DNA of 64,000 nucleotides from an uncultured Solirubrobacterales bacterium. Its GTDB lineage: Bacteria > Actinomycetota > Thermoleophilia > Solirubrobacterales > 70-9. The notes under the pieces were generated by a model. The model was not told the origin of the DNA and made no database searches. It saw nothing but the letters and a program-made list of their open reading frames with translations. The translations under genes were made by a program, and so were the position numbers. Shown here one piece after another: positions 42,953 to 51,100 of this stretch (position 1 is the stretch's first letter; each line of letters begins with the position of its first letter). The stretch spans positions 5,420-69,419 of the forward strand of contig CAWJCP010000010.1 in assembly GCA_963841445.1 (NCBI GenBank). The letters run 5' to 3'.

Positions 42953-44407
42953 TCACTCCCCCGCGGCCCAGCCGCCGGCCCGCTTCAGCGCCCGGCCCCA
43001 GTCGGCGAGCAGCGCCTCGCGCTCCTCGGAGCCGATTCGCGGCTCATAGCTGGCCGCCTCGCGCCACATCCCCCCGACCTGCTCCTGGGTCCAATGCCCG
43101 GTGGCGATCCCGGCCAAGTAGGCGGCGCCGAGCGCCGTCGTCTCGGCGATCTCGGGGACGATCACCGGCGCCTCGAGAACGTCGGCCTGAAACTGCATCA
43201 GCCAGCTGTTCGACACCGCACCCCCGTCAGCCTTCAGCAACTCCAGCCGCCTACCGGCCGCCGCCTCCTGGGCGCGCACCGCGTCGACGGTCTGGTAGGC
43301 GATCGCCTCGAGCGCCGCGCGCGCCAGGTGGGCGCGGCCGCTGCCCCGGGTCAGCCCGACGATCGTCCCGCGCGCATAGGGGTCCCAGTGCGGCGAGCCG
43401 AGCCCGGTGAGGGCGGGAACGAAGTAGACGCCGTCGTTGGAGTCCAGCGAGCCGGCCAGGGCCTCGGTCTCGGCTGCCGCGTCGATGATCCCGAGCCCGT
43501 CGCGGAGCCATTGCACCGCAGCGCCGCTGACGAACACCGCCGCTTCGAGCGCGTAGGTGATCTTCTCGCCCAGCCCCCAGGCAACCGTGGTCAGCAGGCC
43601 ATCGCCGGGCTCAGGCGCCTCCGTCCCCGTGTTGAGCAGCACGAAGCTGCCGGTCCCGTAGGTGCTCTTGGCCGTCCCAGGCGAATGGCAAGCCTGGCCG
43701 TACAGGGCAGCCTGCTGGTCGCCGGCGATCCCCGCCACCGGCACCTTGCCGCCGAGCTCCGAGGTCGTCCCATAGACCTGCGCGGAGGGGACCGGCTCGG
43801 GCAGCTGCCCGACGTCGATCCCGAGCAGCGCGCAGATCTCCTCGTCCCAGGCAAGGCGGCGGATGTCGAAGAGCATCGTCCGCGAGCAGTTGGAGAAGTC
43901 GCTGGCGTGGCGGCCGGTGAGCTTGAAAAGCAGCCAGGAGTCGATCGTCCCGAAGGCGGCCCGCCGGGCGCCCTCGACGTTGCGGAGCATCCACTCGATC
44001 TTGGTGGCGGAGAAGTAGGGGTCGATGACGAGCCCGGTCCGCTCCCGGATCAGGCCCTCGTGCCCCGCCTCCTTGAGCTCGTCGCAGCGTTGCGCGGTGC
44101 GCCGGTCCTGCCAGACCAGCGCCGGGTGGATCGGCTCGCCGCTGCGCGAGTCCCAGGCGACGACCGTCTCGCGCTGATTGGTGATCCCGATCGCGTCGAG
44201 GTCGGCGCCGTCGATGCCGGCGTCGGAGATCGCCTCCCCGGCGACCCCCCGGGTCATCTCCCAGATCTCCATCGCGTCGTGCTCTACCCAGCCCGGGCGC
44301 GGGAAATGCTGCTCGAGCTCGCTATAGGCGCGCCCGGCGATGCGCCCTTCCTGGTCGAAGACGAGGCAGGTCGTCCCGGTCGTTCCCTGGTCGATCGCCA
44401 AAATCAA
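42953..44407 (-). CDS. glpK: Glycerol kinase
   Basis: ILAIDQGTTGTTCLVFDQEGRIAGRAYSELEQHFPRPGWVEHDAMEIWE...GDQQAALYGQ... It has a TTG start that overlaps the upstream stop. Confidence 0.9.
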   Translation of the reverse strand: MILAIDQGTTGTTCLVFDQEGRIAGRAYSELEQHFPRPGWVEHDAMEIWEMTRGVAGEAISDAGIDGADLDAIGITNQRETVVAWDSRSGEPIHPALVWQDRRTAQRCDELKEAGHEGLIRERTGLVIDPYFSATKIEWMLRNVEGARRAAFGTIDSWLLFKLTGRHASDFSNCSRTMLFDIRRLAWDEEICALLGIDVGQLPEPVPSAQVYGTTSELGGKVPVAGIAGDQQAALYGQACHSPGTAKSTYGTGSFVLLNTGTEAPEPGDGLLTTVAWGLGEKITYALEAAVFVSGAAVQWLRDGLGIIDAAAETEALAGSLDSNDGVYFVPALTGLGSPHWDPYARGTIVGLTRGSGRAHLARAALEAIAYQTVDAVRAQEAAAGRRLELLKADGGAVSNSWLMQFQADVLEAPVIVPEIAETTALGAAYLAGIATGHWTQEQVGGMWREAASYEPRIGSEEREALLADWGRALKRAGGWAAGE

Positions 44408-45189
44408 TTTCCGCGGTCCTCCTCGCTCTCGCTCGCCCGGACTGAATCAGAGAACGCTTCCGGGCTCGCTCCCGCGTCCGGGGACCGCGGGTGTCGGCGG
44501 GACCAGTAAGCGCGGACGAAGTCGCGCAGCTGGGCGGCGCGATGCGCGAAGCCTCCCAGGGTCCGGCCGGTCGCCCGGTGGCGCAGCTCGAGCTCGTACT
44601 CGAGCATCCGCTGGCCCGAGCGCACGGCGTCGACGGTGATACCGATCTCCATCCCGAAGCCGTCCGCGAGCGGCAGCAGCTCGCGCAGCAGCGGGCCGGA
44701 CATCGCGCGCTGGCCAGAGATCGGCGCCGCCGGCTCGGCCCCGCAGAGGCGGCGGATCGCCCAGCGGGCGAAGCCCAGGGCGACCCCGAAGCCCCCGCCG
44801 ACCCGCTCTGCGAAGCAGGCGACCGCGAGGTCGCACTCCCCCGCCTCGACCGCCTCGACGAGTCGCGACAGCCCCGCCGCCGAGTCGCCGAGGTCGGCGT
44901 CGCAAAGCAGGGCGACTGCCGGGAGTGGGCCGGCGCCGAGCACCGCCTCGGCGGCGGCGGTCACGTTGGCTCCCTTGCCGTGCGGGCGGCGGCGGCTGAT
45001 CACCGTCGCACCGGCGGCCATCGCCCGCTCGCTGGTCCCGTCGCCCGAAGCGTCGTCGGCAAGCCAGAGCTCGATCCCCGGCATTGCCCTCGCGAGGGCC
45101 GCGAGGGTCGCGGCGACGGACTCGGCCTCGTTGCGGGCGGCGACGATCGCCACCCGCGGCCGCTGTCGGCTTTCGGTCTCCGCTCCCAC
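44404..45189 (-). CDS. GT2 family glycosyltransferase (glucosyl-3-phosphoglycerate-synthase-like)
   Basis: RVAIVAARNEAESVAATLAAL...LADDASGDGT...HGKGANV...CDADL...SGQRAM. It is translationally coupled to glpK. Confidence 0.7.
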   Translation of the reverse strand: MGAETESRQRPRVAIVAARNEAESVAATLAALARAMPGIELWLADDASGDGTSERAMAAGATVISRRRPHGKGANVTAAAEAVLGAGPLPAVALLCDADLGDSAAGLSRLVEAVEAGECDLAVACFAERVGGGFGVALGFARWAIRRLCGAEPAAPISGQRAMSGPLLRELLPLADGFGMEIGITVDAVRSGQRMLEYELELRHRATGRTLGGFAHRAAQLRDFVRAYWSRRHPRSPDAGASPEAFSDSVRASESEEDRGN

Positions 45190-45212
45190 GCGGCGGGTAT
45201 TGTGCCGCGCCG

Positions 45213-45425
45213 ATGGCTGAAATTCCTGCCCACATCACCGGCAACGTCTGGAAGATCGAGGTCGCGGTCGGCGATCAGGTCTCCGACGGCGACACAGTGG
45301 TGATCCTCGAGTCGATGAAGATGGAGATCCCCGTCGAGGCCGAGGACGACGGCACCGTCAAGGAGATCCGCTGCGAGGAGGGTCAGTCGGTCAGCGAGGG
45401 AGAGGTCCTCGTCGTCCTCGAGTAG
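45213..45425 (+). CDS. Stand-alone 70-aa biotinyl/lipoyl-attachment domain protein (BCCP-like)
   Basis: MAEIPAHITGNVWKIEVAVGDQVSDGDTVVILESMKMEIPVEAEDDGTVKEIRCEEGQSVSEGEVLVVLE, with (A/S)MKM as the biotinylation motif. Confidence 0.8.
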   Translation: MAEIPAHITGNVWKIEVAVGDQVSDGDTVVILESMKMEIPVEAEDDGTVKEIRCEEGQSVSEGEVLVVLE

Positions 45426-45436
45426 ATGGCGGAAGA

Positions 45437-46243
45437 GTGAGCGAAGAGCTCGCCGCAGGAAAGCTGCTCGTCGACGAGCCGGCCGAGGCGGTGGCGCGGA
45501 TCCGGATCCGCAATCCGAAGAAGCGAAACGCGCTCGACCACGACATCCTCGACGCGCTTGCTGATCTGCTGCCGCGACTCGATCGAGGAATCGAGGTCCG
45601 CTGCGTCGTGATCAGCGGCGCCGAAGGGCACTTCTCGGCCGGCTACGACATCGGCTCGATCTCCGAGGAAAGCCTGGAGCGCGACGCCAGGGCCCTGGTC
45701 GCACATCCCTTCCATGCCGCGATCGAGGCGCTTGCCGACCATCCCTGGCCGACGGTGGCCGCGATCGACGGCGACTGCCTCGGCGGCGGCTTGGAGCTGG
45801 CGATCACCTGTGACCTGCGCATCTGCAGCGGCGAGGCTCGGCTCGGGATGCCACCGGTGAAGCTGGGGCTGATCTACGGCCACACCGGCCTGCGTCGCTT
45901 TCTCGACGCGATCGGGCTGGCGCGGACCAAGGAGCTGTTCCTGACCGGCAGGAACATCACCGCCCGGAGGGCGCGCGAGATCGGGCTGGTCCAGGACGTG
46001 GTCGGCGAGGACGACCTGGAGCGGGCCTCGGTCGAGTTGGCGGAGAAGATCGCCTCCAACGCGCCGCTCTCTCTGAAGGGCAACAAGCGGGCGATCGAGA
46101 CCCTCAACGCGCATCCCACCCTGCGGCCGCAGGAGGAGATCGATCTCGTCGAGCTGCGCGAGGCGTCGCTGGCGTCGGAGGACTTCCGCGAGGCCATCAC
46201 CGCCTTCGCGGAGAAGCGAAAGCCCCAGTGGCGCGGACGCTGA
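45437..46243 (+). CDS. Enoyl-CoA hydratase/isomerase family protein
   Basis: VARIRIRNPKKRNALDHDILDALADLL...VVISGAEGHFSAGYDI...DGDCLGGGLELAITCDL. Confidence 0.85.
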   Translation: MSEELAAGKLLVDEPAEAVARIRIRNPKKRNALDHDILDALADLLPRLDRGIEVRCVVISGAEGHFSAGYDIGSISEESLERDARALVAHPFHAAIEALADHPWPTVAAIDGDCLGGGLELAITCDLRICSGEARLGMPPVKLGLIYGHTGLRRFLDAIGLARTKELFLTGRNITARRAREIGLVQDVVGEDDLERASVELAEKIASNAPLSLKGNKRAIETLNAHPTLRPQEEIDLVELREASLASEDFREAITAFAEKRKPQWRGR

Positions 46244-46872
46244 AGGCCGCCCGCGCCGAGCTCGCCGCATCCGACCCGGCGATGGCAAGACTGATCGAGC
46301 GGCTCGGCGAGCGCAGCGCCGCCCAGCGGCGCCGCGGAATGCCGAAGCCGGACGCCTACGGAGCGCTGCTGCGCACGATCGTCGGCCAGCAGCTCTCCTC
46401 GAAGGCGGCGCGGACGATCTACGAGCGAGTCCTCGACCTGTACGGCGGCGTGACCCCGAGCCCGGAGCAGATCCTCGCCACCTCCGAGCAGGACCTGCGC
46501 GGAGCGGGCCTCTCGGGGCGCAAGGTCACCTACATCCGTGACCTCGCCGCCCACGTCAAGAGCGGTGAGCTGGAGCTCGACCGGCTCGAGGAGCTCTCCG
46601 ACGAGCAGGTGATCGAGGAGATCGTCGCGGTCCGCGGGCTCGGGAAATGGAGCGCGGAGATGTTCCTGATCTTCCACCTCGAGCGGCCCGACGTGATCTC
46701 CGGCGGAGACCTCGGAATCCGCAAGGCGATCCAGCTCGAGCTGGGCCTCGAGGAGATGCCGACCCCGCAGCAGGTCGAGGAGATCGGCGAGCGCTGGAGC
46801 CCGCACCGCAGCCTCGCCTCGATCTACCTCTGGGAGTCGCTGGCCGGCGACGTCACCGTCGGCGGGACCTAG
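46228..46872 (+). CDS. DNA-3-methyladenine glycosylase II (HhH-GPD, AlkA-like)
   Basis: ...IVGQQLSSKAARTIYERV...GLSGRKVTYIRDLA...VAVRGLGKWSAEMFLIFHLERPDVISGGDLGIRKA. Confidence 0.8.
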   Translation: MARTLKAARAELAASDPAMARLIERLGERSAAQRRRGMPKPDAYGALLRTIVGQQLSSKAARTIYERVLDLYGGVTPSPEQILATSEQDLRGAGLSGRKVTYIRDLAAHVKSGELELDRLEELSDEQVIEEIVAVRGLGKWSAEMFLIFHLERPDVISGGDLGIRKAIQLELGLEEMPTPQQVEEIGERWSPHRSLASIYLWESLAGDVTVGGT

Positions 46873-48124
46873 CCGGGCCCCCGAGATCGGCGCGCAGGTC
46901 GAGCACCCGCTGCGCGGAGCGCTCGAAGTCGACCCGAGGGAGTCGGCGCGCCCGCAGCGCCTTGCGCAGCGCCGCGCCAGCCTGCCCTGCGGCCCGATAG
47001 GAGCGAAACAGCAGCAGGTCGGTCCCGGCCCCCGCGGCCGCCCGCCCGACCTTCGCCGGCCCGCCGAAGGCCTGCGCGGCGGCCGACTGGAGCGCATCGG
47101 TGATCGACACCCCCGCAAAGCCGATCCGCCCGCGCAGCTCGCCGGTCGCGACCGCGCGCGAAAACGCGGCCGGTCGCTCCGAGAAGGCCGGATAGATCGC
47201 CGTGCTCAGCATCACCAGCCGCCCTCCCGTTTCCGCGAAGGCCGCGAACGGCGCCTCGTCAACGCCGCGCAGAGTCGGCTTCGACAGCTCGATCCGCTCG
47301 ACTCCGAAGTCGGTGTTGACCGCGGCGGCGCCGAGCCCCGGGAAGTGCTTGCCGGTCGCCGCGACACCGGCGGCGGCGAGCCCGTTGGCGAACGCAACCG
47401 CTGTCTCGGACACCCACGCGGCGCTGGCCCCGAAGCTGCGCCCCTCTTCGCTGATCGCGCCTCCACGGCGCCCGACATCGAGGACCGGCGCGAGATCGAC
47501 GTTGAAGCCGACCGCGGCGAGGCTGCGGCCTGTGAGCACACCCTGCTCGCGGCTGAAGGAGGGGCCACGGGCGCCCATTCGCGCCGCCGAGGCGGTTGGC
47601 GGACCGGAGAGGCGCTTCACTTCCCCGCCCTCCTGGTCGACCATCATCAGCAGCGGGTCGCGGAGGCCGGGCGGGCGGCGAATCGCCTCGAGCCCACGGA
47701 TCAGATGGCGGGCCGCGAACCAACCGTCGAAATTGTCGGCGAACAGCACCACGCCGGCCAGCTCGCCGCGGCGCACCATTCGCCGCAGCGCACGCGGTGG
47801 CTCCGTGCCGGAAAAGCCGGCGACCAGGCGCTGGCCCGCCAGCTGTCGAATAGTGAGGTCGCCGGCATTGGGACCGCTGGGCCTGCGATCCATGCCGTCG
47901 CCAAACGCGATGGTGATCCCGATGGCCCCCGCCACAGCGCCCGCCGCTATCGCAGCCCCAGCCCACCACCTGCGAATCGTCTTCGCCCTCACCGGCTGGC
48001 GAGTGTATTTGCGGGCCGCTACAGGCCTCGGACTCCCGGCGCTCCTGCTCTTCCGGAGTTGTGGGGCAGCGGCACCGAGGTGCAGGAAACGACCGTGGGG
48101 CCGGAGCAAGTGGAAAACGTGCAA
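46853..48124 (-). CDS. Glycoside hydrolase family 3 N-terminal-domain protein (beta-N-acetylhexosaminidase/NagZ-like), membrane-anchored or secreted
   Basis: ...LLMMVDQEGGEVKRLSG...GFNVDLAPVLDV...TGKHFPGLG... with an N-terminal anchor WWAGAAIAAGAVAGAIGITIAF. The exact start is uncertain. The longest ORF begins 17 nt downstream of the giant gene stop. Confidence 0.75.
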   Translation of the reverse strand: MHVFHLLRPHGRFLHLGAAAPQLRKSRSAGSPRPVAARKYTRQPVRAKTIRRWWAGAAIAAGAVAGAIGITIAFGDGMDRRPSGPNAGDLTIRQLAGQRLVAGFSGTEPPRALRRMVRRGELAGVVLFADNFDGWFAARHLIRGLEAIRRPPGLRDPLLMMVDQEGGEVKRLSGPPTASAARMGARGPSFSREQGVLTGRSLAAVGFNVDLAPVLDVGRRGGAISEEGRSFGASAAWVSETAVAFANGLAAAGVAATGKHFPGLGAAAVNTDFGVERIELSKPTLRGVDEAPFAAFAETGGRLVMLSTAIYPAFSERPAAFSRAVATGELRGRIGFAGVSITDALQSAAAQAFGGPAKVGRAAAGAGTDLLLFRSYRAAGQAGAALRKALRARRLPRVDFERSAQRVLDLRADLGGPARSRRR

Positions 48125-48141
48125 ATCCGGGTGGCGCCGGT

Positions 48142-51100
48142 TCAGGGACCGTACGTCCAGACCCCGCCGGCGGCGCCGCGGTAGGCGCCCGGCGTCTGCT
48201 CTTGGGCCTGATAGACGACGGCGTTGGAGCTGTCGCGCAGGGTGAACTGCACCGTGTCGGGGCTACCGTCGAAGTAGGTCCATTCCAGCGTTCCCTGCTG
48301 ACCGTTACGGCCCCCCGGCGCTGCCTGACCGAAGCTGCCGGTCGCGGTGCCCGTCTGGGAGTCGAAGCCCAACGGTGAGCTCGGCGGCTGGTCGCTGCAG
48401 CTGGACTCGGTCACCGTGGACTTGCTCCAGATCACAGCGCCGCCCGTCGTAGCAACGACAATAGGTCGCGTCGACCCTGCAGCATCGCAGTCGTTTGTGG
48501 CCGAGAAGACGATCGCGGTGCCCTGCGCCGTGCTGACCGTCCCCCGCGCCGAGATCCTGCCCTGCGATTCCTCGAGATAGCTGAGGCGCGCAGAGCAGAT
48601 CGAGGTGTTGCCCGCCGCGTCGGCAGCGCTGGCGCGCAGGTAGGTGGTGCTGTTGTCGGCGACCTCGATCGTCAGGCCAGGCGAGGCAAAGTCGCTCTGG
48701 GTGCCGGTGGTGAGCAGATTGTCGGGAGTGCAGTCATCAACCGTGGTGGCCTTGTAGATGCGGATCGTGGTGTCGGCCGCAGCCTCGCCCTTGACCTTGG
48801 GGTGGTTGTTGTTGGCGGGGCTGTCGGGGTCGGTGCCGGTAATCTGCGGGGCAGGGGGCGGAGTCGAGTCCTCGGTGTAGCTGAAAGGCGCAGAACAGGG
48901 AGACACGGTGCCGTTCGCCTTGCTCACCTTTGCGGCCAGCGTCGTCGTGGCATCGTCCGGTACAGGGACCGCTATCCCACCGGTGAACTGCGCCATGGTG
49001 CCGGACGCTGCCGGGGGGCCCGAGCAGGTCGAGTTGGTGTAGATCTTGGCTTCAGCCGCGTCGCCGGCCGGGACCCAACCCTTGACCTTGGGGTGGTTGT
49101 CGTTGGCGGGGCTGTCAGGGTCGGTGCCGGTGATGTGAGGACGGAACGCGAACGTCCAGACCCCGCCGGCGGCGCCGCGGTAGGCGCCCGGCGTCTGCTC
49201 TTGGGCCTGATAGACGACGGCGTTGGAGCTGTCGCGCAGCGTGAACTGCACCGTGTCGGGGCTACCGTCGAAGTAGGTCCATTCCAGCGTTCCCTGCTGA
49301 CCGTTGCGGCCCCCCGGCGCTGCCTGACCGAAGCTGCCGGTCGCGGTGCCCGTCTGGGAGTCGAAGCCCAACGGCGAGCGGGGGGCGCTGCAGCTGGACT
49401 GGGTCACCGTGGATTTACTCCAGATCACAGCGCCGCCCGTCGTAGCGATGGCGTTGGGTCCCGTCGACTGTGCGGCATCGCAGTCGTTTCCGGCCGAGAA
49501 GGCGATCGCGGTGCCCTGCGCCGTGCTGACCGTCCCCCGCGCCGAGATCCTGCCCTGCAAATCGACGCAGTCAACGCTGACCGCGACCGTGGCCTGCGAG
49601 CCGCCGTTTAGCTTGTAGGTGAAGTCGTCGCTGGGCTCGCCGTCGTTGCAGTAGTCGGGGTCAGGCTTGTAGGTCAGCGACTGGTTGTCGTTGGCGATCT
49701 CGACCGTGCCGTGGTCGGGCTGGGTGGCGGAGGCGATCGCAAGCGGGCCGCCGTCGGCGTTTTGGTCGTTGGCGAGCACGTCGATCGGGCTCGCGTCGGA
49801 GTCCTCGGCGAGGCTTGCCTGGTCGTTGACGGCGCTGGGCGGGTCATCGACGCAGGCAACGCTGACCGCGACCGTGGCCTGCGAGCCGCCGTTTAGCTTG
49901 TAGGTGAAGTCGTCGCTGGGCTCGCCGTCGTTGCAGTAGTCGGGGTCAGGCTTGTAGGTCAGCGACTGGTTGTCGTTGGCGATCTCGACCGTGCCGTGGT
50001 CGGGCTGGGTGGCGGAGGCGATCGCAAGCGGGCCGCCGTCGGCGTTTTGGTCGTTGGCGAGCACGTCGATCGGGCTCGCGTCGGAGTCCTCGGCGAGGCT
50101 TGCCTGGTCGTTGACGGCGCTGGGCGGGTCATCGACGCAGGCAACGCTGACCGCGACCGTGGCCTGCGAGCCGCCGTTTAGCTTGTAGGTGAAGTCGTCG
50201 CTGGGCTCGCCGTCGTTGCAGTAGTCGGGGTCAGGCTTGTAGGTCAGCGACTGGTTGTCGTTGGCGATCTCGACCGTGCCGTGGTCGGGCTGGGTGGCGG
50301 AGGCGATCGCAAGCGGGCCGCCGTCGGCGTTTTGGTCGTTGGCGAGCACGTCGATCGGGCTCGCGTCGGAGTCCTCGGCGAGGCTTGCCTGGTCGTTGAC
50401 GGCGCTGGGCGGGTCATCGACGCAGGCAACGCTGACCGCGACCGTGGCCTGCGAGCCGCCGTTTAGCTTGTAGGTGAAGTCGTCGCTGGGCTCGCCGTCG
50501 TTGCAGTAGTCGGGGTCAGGCTTGTAGGTCAGCGACTGGTTGTCGTTGGCGATCTCGACCGTGCCGTGGTCGGGCTGGGTGGCGGAGGCGATCGCAAGCG
50601 GGCCGCCGTCGGCGTTTTGGTCGTTGGCGAGCACGTCGATCGGGCTCGCGTCGGAGTCCTCGGCGAGGCTTGCCTGGTCGTTGACGGCGCTGGGCGGGTC
50701 ATCGACGCAGGCAACGCTGACCGCGACCGTGGCCTGCGAGCCGCCGTTTAGCTTGTAGGTGAAGTCGTCGCTGGGCTCGCCGTCGTTGCAGTAGTCGGGG
50801 TCAGGCTTGTAGGTCAGCGACTGGTTGTCGTTGGCGATCTCGACCGTGCCGTGGTCGGGCTGGGTGGCGGAGGCGATCGCAAGCGGGCCGCCGTCGGCGT
50901 TTTGGTCGTTGGCGAGCACGTCGATCGGGCTCGCGTCGGAGTCCTCGGCGAGGCTTGCCTGGTCGTTGACGGCGCTGGGCGGGTCATCGACGCAGGCAAC
51001 GCTGACCGCGACCGTGGCCTGCGAGCCGCCGTTTAGCTTGTAGGTGAAGTCGTCGCTGGGCTCGCCGTCGTTGCAGTAGTCGGGGTCAGGCTTGTAGGTC

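Noticed and set aside
48153-49560. Could the duplicated C-terminal module be a diversity-generating retroelement TR/VR pair?
   Set aside because: No reverse transcriptase or accessory gene lies in the window. Both copies are inside the same ORF. The mismatches in the conserved tract (g/c at 48241, a/g at 48307) are not adenine-specific.
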